64,000 bases of DNA. Origin: Planctomycetota bacterium (GTDB taxonomy: Bacteria > Planctomycetota > UBA1135). This document shows positions 34,476 through 45,200 of the stretch, piece after piece. The notes below the pieces were generated by a model. That model was not told the DNA's origin and did not search any database. It saw only the letters and a list, made by a program, of their open reading frames with translations. Location: contig JASFYO010000005.1 in NCBI GenBank assembly GCA_045047305.1, positions 297 through 64,296 on the forward strand. The letters run 5' to 3'. The position numbers and the translations under genes are program-made. Each line of letters starts with the position of its first letter. Positions within the stretch are counted from its first letter, which is position 1.

Positions 34476-36090
34476 GGGTCACCACGGCTAGGTGTCGCTC
34501 TGGAATACGATTGCGCATGGCAAGCAAAGCTGCAGATGGATCAAAATAATCACTCTCTGCTGATTGCTGCTTCACCCAACGCCGGGCTTGCCACAGCGCA
34601 AAGCTTTCATCCAATCGTGCACGTAAATCAGGCAAAGTGGCGTTGTGGATTTGCGGTGAGTCCACGAACAAGGAGTGGTGTAAAGTTGGAACCAAAGGGT
34701 TTCCCTGCGCGCCAAGAGAACCACCACGAATACCGGGATGCCAGGGGTGGAAGACTAGAACCGTGTCATCGGGCAGGTCTTTCTCTGCGGCCGCAAGCTG
34801 CGCTGGCCAGGTGCTGATGAGGGCTTCCGGGCGTAAAGCCAAGCGTCCGTCCTCGACGTGATCCAGCATATTGGTGCCACCGAGATCCCACTGGGAATAA
34901 GCTTGATAGGTAGACCAAAAGGTTGGAATGCACAGCGCAAGCAACAACGGGCTCAAAAACTTTCCGGGTAATGTCTTCCACATACAGGCCAAGAAAGCCC
35001 CTGCTGGCAAAGCCAATAGAATGCCAGCCATACGCGGGAACTTGTACTCATTATTCCACGGCAGACTCAGGAAGGAAAAAAGAGCGGCTAAACCAAGAGC
35101 CAACAACAATGGAGTGCGCTGCTCTTTGGCGATCCGAAACACGCCTACCAATCCAAGTGGAAGCAACCAATGCAAAGGCCCCAAAAGATTGGCCCACGCA
35201 CCGGAGCCAACAAAGGGGAATGCGCCAGCCATGCTTGCCTCTCCCTCGGGCGAGGGCGTAAACAGGGGCAGCAAAAAAGGAACTGCCAGGAGCAAAGCCA
35301 CTAAGACAGCCGGTAACAGTTGCTTTATCCCCTCCACACCGGAAAGCAATAAAGGTAACTTCGCGGCTGCGATTAAAATGGCTACAAATCCGCCGACCAG
35401 TGGATTCAAGGCCATGGTGACGCCAAGCAGAACTCCCATGCGTAACAACTCTCGCTTGCTTTGACCAAAACTGTCGGCCAGGGCAAAGAATGCGAATGGC
35501 AAGGACAGAGCAAAGGAGGATACGTTTAGAAACTTAGGCAAGAAGGATTGCAGCCGCCCATCCCAGGAAAAAGAGGCCATAGGCTGGGTTAAATCCAGCA
35601 AAACAATCAACGGAGAAGCACCCTCCACCATGGGGACATCGCTAGCAACCCACCATGCGGCCAAACCATTGAAGCCCAGCACCATAGACAAAAAGGCGAA
35701 ACGTCGGGCGGAGAAACTAAGACCGAGGCGTTTGCCGTAAGCGTCGAGGGCTGGGCCCATCAACATCGCGGCAAAAATATTGAGTATCGCAAAACCCCAA
35801 AGCGGTCCTCCACCAAGTTTGCCGAGCAAAACGCCTAGTGTCGGGTACAGCGTGTAGTAATGCAGCGCAATACCAGCGTGGTATGGATTCTCCGGCATGA
35901 GGCCATCGCGGAGCACCGCCTCTCCAATCCCTGCATGCAAATAACCGTGGTAAGACGTGCGCACGGCATCACCGCCTAGCGAGACAATCACCATGACCAA
36001 AATGGCCAAAGTGCCGCCTTCGAGCCAAGGTGCAATGCGCTCGCGCAAGCTAGGTGGCATGCTTATGGATTCCATTGCGAACCGGGCCAT
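34360..36090 (-). CDS. Polytopic membrane protein, possibly a GT-C-fold glycosyltransferase
   Basis: There are about 12 or more hydrophobic helices in the N-terminal two-thirds, then a soluble C-terminal domain. The start could be 36090, 36075 or 36060, and 36060 removes the overlap with the upstream gene. The function is a guess from topology only. Confidence 0.6.
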   Translation of the reverse strand: MARFAMESISMPPSLRERIAPWLEGGTLAILVMVIVSLGGDAVRTSYHGYLHAGIGEAVLRDGLMPENPYHAGIALHYYTLYPTLGVLLGKLGGGPLWGFAILNIFAAMLMGPALDAYGKRLGLSFSARRFAFLSMVLGFNGLAAWWVASDVPMVEGASPLIVLLDLTQPMASFSWDGRLQSFLPKFLNVSSFALSLPFAFFALADSFGQSKRELLRMGVLLGVTMALNPLVGGFVAILIAAAKLPLLLSGVEGIKQLLPAVLVALLLAVPFLLPLFTPSPEGEASMAGAFPFVGSGAWANLLGPLHWLLPLGLVGVFRIAKEQRTPLLLALGLAALFSFLSLPWNNEYKFPRMAGILLALPAGAFLACMWKTLPGKFLSPLLLALCIPTFWSTYQAYSQWDLGGTNMLDHVEDGRLALRPEALISTWPAQLAAAEKDLPDDTVLVFHPWHPGIRGGSLGAQGNPLVPTLHHSLFVDSPQIHNATLPDLRARLDESFALWQARRWVKQQSAESDYFDPSAALLAMRNRIPERHLAVVTLKDHPAVALLSAAGASLVVEENGLALWLLPPLEAKAGN

Positions 36091-37526
36091 GGCGTGCGCG
36101 AGGATTCACCTTCATGGTCAGAGGCCGAGGCATAACCAAGCTCTTCTAGAGCCGCCATCTCTTCAGGCGAAACTTGCTCCTGCTCTTCTCCAGCGATATT
36201 CAGCCCCTGATGCCAAGCCCGCAAGGCATCGAGCATACGGCGTGTGACTTCTGGGTTTTTGGCAGACACATCATGAAGTTCTTTGGGGTCAACCGCGCGA
36301 TCATAAAGTGCGACCACGGGGTAATGGTAAGTGGCATCCTTGGGCGGTTCTGGTGGGCCATGCAGATTCGCAGTCGGATTGTGCACCAAGGACCAACGGG
36401 CGTCGCGCACCATGTAATAAGTTTGACGATACGCAGAGAAGAAGTACTCCCTGCTCGACTCTTTACCGCGCAGAACCATAGGGAGGACATCGGCTAATGC
36501 GATACCTTCCCTCACGCGTTTACCAGCCATCCATTCCTTGCCGAGCACCATCAACGGAACATGGGTGGTCCCCGAGAAAATGCTTTTCGCATGCATGGAG
36601 TAACCGTTGCGATCCAGCAATTCCTCACCGTGATCCGACATGAAGACCACGACTGCGTTATCTAACAATGCACCGCGTCCAGCATCTTGATACTGCCTCT
36701 CCAGGCCACGGAGAACTTCCATTACATAATCGTTCGCGGTGAGAATCTCTTCGTCGTAAAGCGCTTGCACGTTAGCAACCACTTCCGCATTCACCTTCTC
36801 TGGGAAACGATGAAGGTCCATCAAAGTAGCCTTATCAGCTTGCACCCCTTCGCGGCTGGAAAAGGTTCCTAGATGCTTCGCGCTAGGTTCATAGGGCTGA
36901 TGCGGAGCCATGTAATGGGCCCAAATGAAAACCCGCTGACCTTGGCTGATATCGTTTTTGGTGGTGACTAAAAGTTCCCGCGGAGCCGACGGCTCGGATT
37001 GTTTGGACCGAACCAAGGAGGTTGCAAACCCACGCTGTACCCCACAACCCTTACTTAACACCCGGTTAGCCACCACGGAATGCCCCTTCCAGCCTCGACT
37101 AGCAAGCTCCATCGCAAAAGTAGGCTCTGCGGTTGCAGTGAAATTCCCAATCGATCCGTGCTCCAAGGGAGCCATTCCGGTCCAGAATGTAGTGAAGGAT
37201 GGCAAGGTCATGCCTGCAGGTGACCAGGCATTTTCCCATAGGGTGCCATGGGCTGCGAGCCAAGCCATGGACCATTTCTGTTCTACATCTCCACCGGTGG
37301 CCCGCTCTGCGCCGTAGAAAGGCAAGCGGTCAGCACGCAAGGTATCGACCGCGACCACAATCAAATCGCGCGTATCGCCTGCGGCTAAAAGCCCTGAGGT
37401 CAGCACATTGGATGCCTGCGCTCCCTCCTGATCCAGCGCAGATGGCTCTGACTTGGTGCAAGCCAGCAACGCCGATGCGAGAAGCAAGCTTCCCCATAGA
37501 GGGATTTTCATTGAGTCCATCTTCAT
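36063..37526 (-). CDS. Sulfatase-like hydrolase/transferase lipoprotein (alkaline-phosphatase superfamily)
   Basis: The lipoprotein signal is MKIPLWGSLLLASALLAC-TKS. The metal-binding N-terminus is VVAVDTLRADRLPFYG. At the position of the sulfatase C/S-x-P-S-R motif the sequence reads M-T-L-P-S-F, with Thr and no Arg. This argues against a formylglycine sulfatase. Confidence 0.8.
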   Translation of the reverse strand: MKMDSMKIPLWGSLLLASALLACTKSEPSALDQEGAQASNVLTSGLLAAGDTRDLIVVAVDTLRADRLPFYGAERATGGDVEQKWSMAWLAAHGTLWENAWSPAGMTLPSFTTFWTGMAPLEHGSIGNFTATAEPTFAMELASRGWKGHSVVANRVLSKGCGVQRGFATSLVRSKQSEPSAPRELLVTTKNDISQGQRVFIWAHYMAPHQPYEPSAKHLGTFSSREGVQADKATLMDLHRFPEKVNAEVVANVQALYDEEILTANDYVMEVLRGLERQYQDAGRGALLDNAVVVFMSDHGEELLDRNGYSMHAKSIFSGTTHVPLMVLGKEWMAGKRVREGIALADVLPMVLRGKESSREYFFSAYRQTYYMVRDARWSLVHNPTANLHGPPEPPKDATYHYPVVALYDRAVDPKELHDVSAKNPEVTRRMLDALRAWHQGLNIAGEEQEQVSPEEMAALEELGYASASDHEGESSRTPWPGSQWNP

Positions 37527-37536
37527 AGTATAGAAC

Positions 37537-39072
37537 TTAAGGCTGCTCAGGTTCGGCCCAGCTGGGGTTCTGACTTAAATCGAAGCCCCATTGCGGAGCA
37601 ACCCAGTAAAGGCAAAACAAAGTGACCAAGACAGCGGTGCAAAGGTTTAAGACCAAACCTGCCTTGGCCATTTCCCCCATTTTAAGGCGTCCGCTGGAGA
37701 ACAAAATGGCGTTCGGTGGGGTGGCTACCGGCAGCATAAAGGCGCAGGACACCGCAAAGGTTAATGGAATCGCAAGCGCCATGGGGTGCAGGCCGGCAGC
37801 AACACTCGCACTGAACAACACTGGCAACAAGATATTGATAGTCGCGGTGTTGGAAGTGATTTCGGTGAGGAAGGTCACCGCAAGCACCACACAGAACACC
37901 GTCCCCCAAAGCGGCAAGACTTGCAGGGATGAGCCCAAGGCGTCGCCTACGGCAGCACTTAATCCACTCACTTCAAATCCACTGGCTAAGGCAAAACCTC
38001 CACCAAGCAGGAGCAGGATGCCCCAGGGGATTCTCTTGCAGTCATCCCAATCCATCAAGGCGCCGGTTTGTTTGGCGCGACCAGGAATGGAGAACAACAA
38101 CAACACGCCAAATAAAGCCACCGTCGAATCTTTGAGGGTTGCCGCGACCTTCTCCGGCAAAAGGCCCGACCATCCCGGAAGACGGAATTCACCAAAGTCG
38201 ATACCTTGGCGGGTCATCCACAGCAACGCCACTAAGCCGAACACAAACAACACTCGATTCTGTTCCGGAGTGCGCTTCACCTGCCCTGCGCGCTCTTCCA
38301 CAAAGCGGTCCAGGCTGGCAGTGCGTACGGAACTGAGCTTTCCGGTTACCCGACACAGACAAAACCAAGCCACCAGCAAAAACACAATCACAAACGGAAA
38401 CGCGCCAAAAAACCAAGTGCCAAAACTTAACTCCGGCGCAGTCGGAAATCGCTCCGCATACATGCCAAGCAGCACACTATTCGGCGCAGTGCCAATCGGG
38501 GTGGCCACGCCTCCAATCGAACAGGCATAAGCAATGCCCAAGAGCAAGGGTGCATTGAGCCGCTTCTGTTCTTCGGCGGTGCATTGCTGCAACAGCGAGA
38601 CCGCCACCGGCAGCATCAGCAGAGCAGTGCTGGTATTACTGATAAACATGCTCATGAAGCCTCCGACGAACATGAATCCAAGCACGACACGCCTGGGCCG
38701 GGTGCCGAAAATACGCAAGGAGCGCAATGCAAAGCGATGATGCAAGCCGTAACGTTCCAATGCCAGCGCGAGAATGAATCCGCCGAGAAAAAGCAGCAGG
38801 ATATCTTTGAAGTACCAGGGAGCGACTTCGCGGGCGTCGACCACGCCTAGGGCCGGAAAAAGCAACGCAGGCATCAAGGAGGCAATCGGCAGCGGCAGAG
38901 CCTCGCGGATCCAGCAGTAGGCGGTAAAAAAGGCTATTCCCGCAGTGGCACGTGCCGCATAAGGCAAATCTGATACCCACGGCATAAAAGGAACCAGCAG
39001 CGCCAACACCACTCCAGGTAGCAGGCGAGATAAAGGACCACGGGTCGGGCTTTCCGGTGCGGATTCCATCAA
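37537..39072 (-). CDS. DASS/SLC13-family sodium-coupled anion (di/tricarboxylate or sulfate) symporter
   Basis: The two hairpin signatures SNTSTALLMLPV and SNTATINILLPV are present in a polytopic protein of 511 aa. Confidence 0.85.
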   Translation of the reverse strand: MMESAPESPTRGPLSRLLPGVVLALLVPFMPWVSDLPYAARATAGIAFFTAYCWIREALPLPIASLMPALLFPALGVVDAREVAPWYFKDILLLFLGGFILALALERYGLHHRFALRSLRIFGTRPRRVVLGFMFVGGFMSMFISNTSTALLMLPVAVSLLQQCTAEEQKRLNAPLLLGIAYACSIGGVATPIGTAPNSVLLGMYAERFPTAPELSFGTWFFGAFPFVIVFLLVAWFCLCRVTGKLSSVRTASLDRFVEERAGQVKRTPEQNRVLFVFGLVALLWMTRQGIDFGEFRLPGWSGLLPEKVAATLKDSTVALFGVLLLFSIPGRAKQTGALMDWDDCKRIPWGILLLLGGGFALASGFEVSGLSAAVGDALGSSLQVLPLWGTVFCVVLAVTFLTEITSNTATINILLPVLFSASVAAGLHPMALAIPLTFAVSCAFMLPVATPPNAILFSSGRLKMGEMAKAGLVLNLCTAVLVTLFCLYWVAPQWGFDLSQNPSWAEPEQP

Positions 39073-39088
39073 TCAGACTCTGGCGCAA

Positions 39089-40057
39089 GTGGCCGAGGGA
39101 CGCCATCCTATGCCTGCCGACGCGCGTCTGCAGCCCATGACTTGGTTCGATTCCCTAGCCGCCTCCCTCATCCCCTTGGTCCCGAAAGCGATCATGCGGA
39201 AATTCAGCCTGCGTTATATCGCAGGTGAACTGCGTGAAGATGCGCTTCGTCGCGGTGCACAACTCGCTGCTGCGGGCTATCGCGTGACTTATGATCAACT
39301 CGGTGAAGCGGTCAGCGATCAAAAGGAAGTGAATGCCGCGATGAAGGAAAACCTTGCTCTCCTGCAGGACCTTGCCGATGAACAGCAAGAATTGAACATT
39401 TCAGTCAAGCCCACACAGATGGGTTTGGACTTAAGCGAGCAAGTATGCATCGATTCTGTCTCCGCGATTTTGGAGAAGGCTCAAAGCTTGAACGCTTTCG
39501 TGCGCTTCGAGATGGAAGAATCGGATACCGTCGATGGCACCCTTCGAGTCTATGAGGTTTTGCGCCAGAAGTTTGGCGCCACCGTTGGAATTGTGATTCA
39601 ATCCATGCTTTTGCGCACCGAGGAAGATGCGCAACGCCTAGTCGCAAGCGATGCCCCCTTGAACGTGCGCTTAGTCAAAGGGATTTATGTCGAGCCGGAA
39701 GAGATTGCATATCAAGATGGAAATGAGGTCAATCAGGCCTATCTACGCACTCTGCGCATTCTCCTCGAAGGAGGTGCCTTTGTTGGGGTGGCCTCACACG
39801 ACGAGGTTTTGATTGATGGCCTCAAGCAGTTACTCAAAGAAAACCCGGCGTGGCGTGAGCAATGCGAAGTGCAGATGCTCTTGGGCGTGCGCGAAGAATT
39901 GCGTCAAGCCGTACGCAAAGATGAATTGCCAGTTCGGGTATATGTCCCGTATGGCGAAGCCTGGTACCTGTATGTGGTGCGGCGCTTAAAGAAGAACCCA
40001 AAGTTGGCGCGTTACGCCATGCTGGGCATGCTCAAGAAGCAAGAAAAGTTGAACTAA
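39089..40057 (+). CDS. Proline dehydrogenase (monofunctional PutA-like)
   Basis: ISVKPTQMGL, VRFEMEES, GIVIQSML, VRLVKGIYVEP, GVASHDE, EVQMLLGV and YVPYGE are the Pro_dh barrel motifs. The start may be ATG 39110. Confidence 0.85.
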   Translation: MAEGRHPMPADARLQPMTWFDSLAASLIPLVPKAIMRKFSLRYIAGELREDALRRGAQLAAAGYRVTYDQLGEAVSDQKEVNAAMKENLALLQDLADEQQELNISVKPTQMGLDLSEQVCIDSVSAILEKAQSLNAFVRFEMEESDTVDGTLRVYEVLRQKFGATVGIVIQSMLLRTEEDAQRLVASDAPLNVRLVKGIYVEPEEIAYQDGNEVNQAYLRTLRILLEGGAFVGVASHDEVLIDGLKQLLKENPAWREQCEVQMLLGVREELRQAVRKDELPVRVYVPYGEAWYLYVVRRLKKNPKLARYAMLGMLKKQEKLN

Positions 40058-41058
40058 GCTTTACTGTCGAGAGCCGCTGCCACGCCTTGCGCGGCATAGC
40101 CTTCGAGCAGTGCTGTTTTGACTTTCGCGACGGCCGTTGCCAAACTTTCTCCGTTTTGGAAGGAAGCACCCGCAGCGCGTGCATGCCCACCGCCGCCGAT
40201 GCTGCGCGCGACCTGGTTGACATCTAGAAAACGCTTACTGCGAAAGCTGACTTTCACCATGCCGCCGGAGCGTTCTGTAATAAGCCCAACCGCCTCCACC
40301 TGCGCAACGCCGCGAAGAATATCCAGAATGTCATCGGAATCCTCCAGGGCGCCATCGAGCTCCGCCAACCGCGACTGCTCAACAAAGGCAATCGCAATGC
40401 GACCGTCCAAGAAGTACTCCAGGTTTTCCAAAGCAGCACGAATACCAATCGGACGTCCGAGTTCGGCTTGTTGGTACACCAAGTCATATAAGCGCTCAGT
40501 GTCGACGCCCTTCTCCACCAGGCTTGCAGCAGCGGCCCATGCAGCGGCATCTGCGTTGGAATACTTTAACCATCCGGTGTCGGTCATCAGCGCGACGAAG
40601 GCGGCCTCATAAGCAGGCAGTGGCAAGGACTTGACTCCGAGCGCATCGGCAAGAGTCAAGGCCATGAGCCCACTGGCGGCGGCGGTTTCATCGTGCACCA
40701 AGGCGGTCCAACCATGATCCACAGCAATCGGGTGGTGATCCAAGGCAATCCGCGGCATCGGGCTGGCAGAAACGGCCTCCCCCATTGCACCTAAGCGATC
40801 AAGCTGATTGCAATCGCAGACTAAAAGCAAGTCAGCTTCCGGCAGCGTGCCGTCGAACAAAGTCCACGGGGTGTGCGCTTCAAGAAATCCGTAACGCCCA
40901 TCCGGCGAGTTTGGCAGCATGACTTCCACCTGCTTGCCCAACTTGAGCAAAGCGTGATACATCACACTTTGTGCCCCCAAACAATCGCCATCGGCGCGGA
41001 GGTGTCCGGAAAGTAAAATCCGCTCGCTGGATTCAATCAGTTGGATGGCTTCTTGCAT
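40054..41058 (-). CDS. nrnA: DHH/DHHA1 phosphoesterase, NrnA-like oligoribonuclease / pAp phosphatase
   Basis: GHLRADGDCLGA, DCN, ALDHHP and GGGGHARAAG are the DHH motifs I-IV. Confidence 0.85.
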   Translation of the reverse strand: MQEAIQLIESSERILLSGHLRADGDCLGAQSVMYHALLKLGKQVEVMLPNSPDGRYGFLEAHTPWTLFDGTLPEADLLLVCDCNQLDRLGAMGEAVSASPMPRIALDHHPIAVDHGWTALVHDETAAASGLMALTLADALGVKSLPLPAYEAAFVALMTDTGWLKYSNADAAAWAAAASLVEKGVDTERLYDLVYQQAELGRPIGIRAALENLEYFLDGRIAIAFVEQSRLAELDGALEDSDDILDILRGVAQVEAVGLITERSGGMVKVSFRSKRFLDVNQVARSIGGGGHARAAGASFQNGESLATAVAKVKTALLEGYAAQGVAAALDSKA

Positions 41059-41069
41059 GCGCGATGAGT

Positions 41070-42221
41070 TTAGCAGTCGGCGAAGGTGCTGACTTGGCGC
41101 TGGATGGAGTCGCCGCTACACAAGTAGTTGCACAGATCAAGCGCCCCTTTCAGAGCATCCTCCGGGCAGTCCATAAGCCGCAGCACTACGGCTTGATATG
41201 CGCTATCTAATCGTCCTAGATCATCGCGTTGCACCGCTTTAGCACCGTGCTCAGTCAAGGCTTGCCACCATGCCTGCGCTCCTGGCTGCGGCATCTGCTG
41301 ATGAGCAAGAGCAACCTCACGTAATGGATCCAACGAGGCATTGGATGCGCGCGAATCGCACCCCAAGGCCGGCAAGGGAATGCCTGCTTCCTGGTACTGA
41401 GTTGGAGGGCGCTGGAAATACGCGTGCGTGCCAGGGCAGAACACCAAAGTGACTCCAGCTTGATGCAGTTGCTGCAATTCTTCCGCAGAGAGGTTGCCAC
41501 CGTGCACCGCGAGAACTCCTGAGCGCAGTCCTCCCATAGCGCGCAACCAGTCGACTGGCGAACTCCATTGCCCACCGACCAGCGGACGTTCCCGGCGTGC
41601 GAGTAAGTCCGCCATGGGGCCGGTGCCATCCACTAGGTAGGCACGCTCCTCTTCATGTTCCCCGAGGTGAATGGAGACCAAACCGTGACCATGCATGGCG
41701 GAAAAAACCTTGCGCGCGACTTCTGGAGTGACGGAATAGGGTGCGTGGAGTGCAACGCCACCCATCTGCTTTGCCTTTTCGATACTCTCGAACGCAAAGC
41801 TATCGACATCGGGAGCGAAGACTTCTGTGAATGGCATCACTAGCGGCAAGGCATCGTGTTGATGTCCATCGGCGCCGCGCTCTGCAACATGACTCAACAC
41901 CAAGCCACATCCATTTTGCTCCAACTCCTTCAAGGAAAGCCGCGCACTGGTGGCAGAGTCGAGGCGTTCCGCGTGCATCCGCCAAGCGAGTAAATCTTCC
42001 ACCCAGGAAGAGAACCCGTCGCGACGCCAGGTGGAACTTGGAGCATCAAAACTCTCAAGGTGGGCGTGGGCGAGGATTGGGGCGGCAGCCCACACTTCAC
42101 CGCGGAAGTGCTCGATACGGACATCGGGCGGAAGAGAGTCCGGGGTGCAAAATCCGGAGATGACACCCGCTTCATTGACCAAAACAACAACGCGCTTCTG
42201 CAGGTTCCAAGGATCCCGCAA
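41070..42221 (-). CDS. Amidohydrolase-superfamily metal-dependent hydrolase (deaminase/chlorohydrolase-like)
   Basis: The metal ligands are HAHLE, HAPY, HLGEHEEE, VHG and GCDS (in place of GTDS), spaced as in ATZ/TRZ-type deaminases. The substrate is unknown. Confidence 0.7.
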   Translation of the reverse strand: MRDPWNLQKRVVVLVNEAGVISGFCTPDSLPPDVRIEHFRGEVWAAAPILAHAHLESFDAPSSTWRRDGFSSWVEDLLAWRMHAERLDSATSARLSLKELEQNGCGLVLSHVAERGADGHQHDALPLVMPFTEVFAPDVDSFAFESIEKAKQMGGVALHAPYSVTPEVARKVFSAMHGHGLVSIHLGEHEEERAYLVDGTGPMADLLARRERPLVGGQWSSPVDWLRAMGGLRSGVLAVHGGNLSAEELQQLHQAGVTLVFCPGTHAYFQRPPTQYQEAGIPLPALGCDSRASNASLDPLREVALAHQQMPQPGAQAWWQALTEHGAKAVQRDDLGRLDSAYQAVVLRLMDCPEDALKGALDLCNYLCSGDSIQRQVSTFADC

Positions 42222-42260
42222 AAGCGCGTCAGGTAGGAGGGCTTTGATGAGCCCGTGCGA

Positions 42261-45200
42261 TCAGTCGCCGAGGAAGTCTACGTTCACGTCGGTGACGCGG
42301 AAGTAGCTACCAGCCGCGGTACCAATCAAGGTTCCGATTTGATCCTGATCGAAGACCAACATAAAACGCAGCGCACGGTTGATCGAAGCATTCAGCTCCA
42401 TCAAACCATCAGTCGCACCATTTACACTTGGAATCGCCCAAGGAGTGGTGGTCACCAAGATGGGGTTTGCAGCACCTGCTTGACCAGGAGCCATCCAGGC
42501 ACCCTGAAGTGCAATCCAGATGGGAGTAGCGTCTGGGTCAGTCAACGCAGTATCGCTAAAACTCAAGGTCGTGGTGGTGGTGCCGTCGAAGTACTCCACT
42601 TCCACTTGCCAACCAGTAATCACGATGTTCTGCACACTTGCGTTTGCTTCATACCAGCGTGAACGTACACCACTAGCATTGCCGCCGAATACGGTGCCGT
42701 CGCCAGCCGTGATATCGCCGACCGTGCCCGGGAATGCAACGGCAATGGTGCCAATGTTGGCTTGACCAGGCAGGCCGATTGGAGTCAGCTCTACCGCTTC
42801 GTTTGGCGTTACGAATCCTTCCAGGATGGAGAGGGTTTCCAAACCAGTTGCGGTTTCAACCCGAACCAGGCCACTGCCTCCAGCTCCACCGTGGTTACCT
42901 GCAGCGCCAATGCCGCCTGCTCCGCCGTTGACGCTAATCGCGTCAAAAGCCGTCTGCACTAGGCTTCCACCTTGCAGTAAAACTGCGCCGCCAGAACCAC
43001 CGCCGCCACCGGCATCTCCTGGAGGGCCAAAATCGATTGCGTCGGTATCAGCAAACGGAATCGATGCCATAAAGGTGCTAGAAGCTCCTTCGCCGCCGTC
43101 TGCGCTTACCGTTCCGTTCACGCTCAGACGCGAGCCTGCGTGCAACTGCACAGAGCCACCACCGGCACCACCGCCACCACCAGGGTTGTTGCGGTAAGTT
43201 CCGACATCGCCGTTGGCAAAGGCGCCAAAGCGGTCTTCAATGGAACCATGCTCACTCATGCCAGCACCACCACCGCCCGCTCCACCAAGCAAGAAGCCGG
43301 CATCGGGGTCAAGGGTTTCGCTTCCAAGCGGAATGATGTAACGACCGCCATCGGCATCAGGTAGCGAAGCTCCTGCACCAAGGCGCACATCCCACAACAA
43401 GCGATCACCGCCAAGGCCATCACCGTTGAACTCAAAGATGTTGTCATTGGCGTCAATTAACGGGGTGAGGAGAGCAAGACCAAGTGGGTCGGTGCTAGTC
43501 GCATCGAAGTGGACACCCCGAGCGCCGTCGGTCCAGTAGCCACCACCACCACCACCGCGCGAACGGTGAATGGAGAAGTTACCGAAATCAGTGGGCGACC
43601 CGCCAGCGAATGCGGTTGGGTGGGTGGTAATCGTGACGCCGTTATTAAAAGTGGCATCGGTGACTTCGTTGGCCGAAGGAGGCCAGCACCAAGAGCCCAT
43701 ACCAGATCCATTGTCCTGGTCGGTGTGCTGCAAAGCACCAGCGCCTGTCGAAGGCTTACCAACCGAAGCAGTTCCGCCAACACCACCAGCATTGCTGCCA
43801 CAGTAAAGGTCAACGTTTTCACCAGCACCAGCGCCGAGTCCACCTGGGAAGCGGGCAGGACTTGGGTTACCCCCACCAGTGACCCCTGTCCGCCAGTTAG
43901 TCAATAGGGCGTTGTAGTACAGCGAGTTATCGAAGGCGACTCCTAAGTGATACCAAGCTTTTCCGCCGGTGCCACCAGAACCCGCTCCAAGGTCACCGCT
44001 ACCGCCAACCCCACCGAGGGCAAAGGCATCGTCGAACTGTGCGGCGGTCATGCGGCCGAGAGGGGATTCATTAAAAACGCCTACCCCATCATCGTTGTCA
44101 TATTCACTCACCATAAAAACCTTGCCCGAGTGGACCAAGGCCGACTGCCCAGAAAAGTCCATCACGCCGTCCACCTGTAGGCTGCCTTGACTAAACAGAC
44201 GCAGCGGATTCGCACCAGTTGCTTCCAAGCGAGCACCACCAGGAATCAAGACTTCTGAGAATGGGTATACCCCACCTAACACGCCAACATCTTCGCCGAG
44301 TAATTCGGAACGGAATGCGGGGTCGCCATCGGTATCCAAAACCGAAAGGCCTTGCGTAGCAACGTAAACACCGAGCACACCAGACCCACCGCCTTTATGC
44401 AAACCAGTCGTTGGGTCTAAGCCACTATCGATGGTGCCTGCAACACCAGACCACAGACCAGCAACACTGCCGTTCTCATCCTCTTGGGCGGTGTCAGTAA
44501 AGGCTTCGGTGAAGGCACCAGTGACCTGACCAATCGTTGGCAACAGTAAGTTGGTGTTGCCTGGGTTATCCAAGAGATTGCCACCCATGTCTGCAATCTG
44601 TTGCGAAGTACTTAAACGCAAAGAACGCGCACCGCCATGATTGCCTGGATAAGGCACCGAAGGGGTGAAAGTAATCGTGGTGAGCAACGTCGTGCGATTC
44701 AACACCGCGGTAAACACGCCCGGCATGGGAATCTCGGTACCCGTGGTTGCATCTACGATGGTCACCGAAATCTGAGTACTGCTTCCATCATCTGGATTTG
44801 CCATCGGCAAGGAATCCATCAAATCGTTAAACACCATCACGATAGGAAAATCGCGGGTCGTCGGAGTCACGGTTGTATCTGGAGTCAGAGTAATCAAGGA
44901 AGGATTACCCGGAACCAAATCTATAGGTGCAACAATCGTGATATCGCCGGTGATAAAGGTTTGATTTAAACGTCCTGCTCTGGAGGCAACAGCATTCGAG
45001 CTGGCATCGTCCAGAATCTGAATGCGATAAGTCGAGCCAGTCAAGAAGCCAAACAAAGTACCTGAGGTAGATTGGATGAGCGACGGCTGAAAAACCACCA
45101 CCTTTCCGTTCACGATGAAGCTACCTGTTGGGGTCACTCCAGTTGCCTTATCGACAATCGAGATGGAGGAAAAGTTCACCGTGGACGGATCCACTACATC

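Noticed and set aside
37622-38530. 302-aa ORF antisense to the DASS transporter gene
   Set aside because: The sequence is low-complexity and Pro/Ser/Arg/Thr-rich. The opposite strand has both SNT(A/S)T hairpin signatures of DASS transporters.
42880-43570. Repetitive GGT/GGC/GCC-rich DNA that might look like a tandem repeat array
   Set aside because: It is in-frame coding for the glycine-rich blocks of giant protein A1. The units are irregular in length and sequence, and no spacer-repeat architecture is present.
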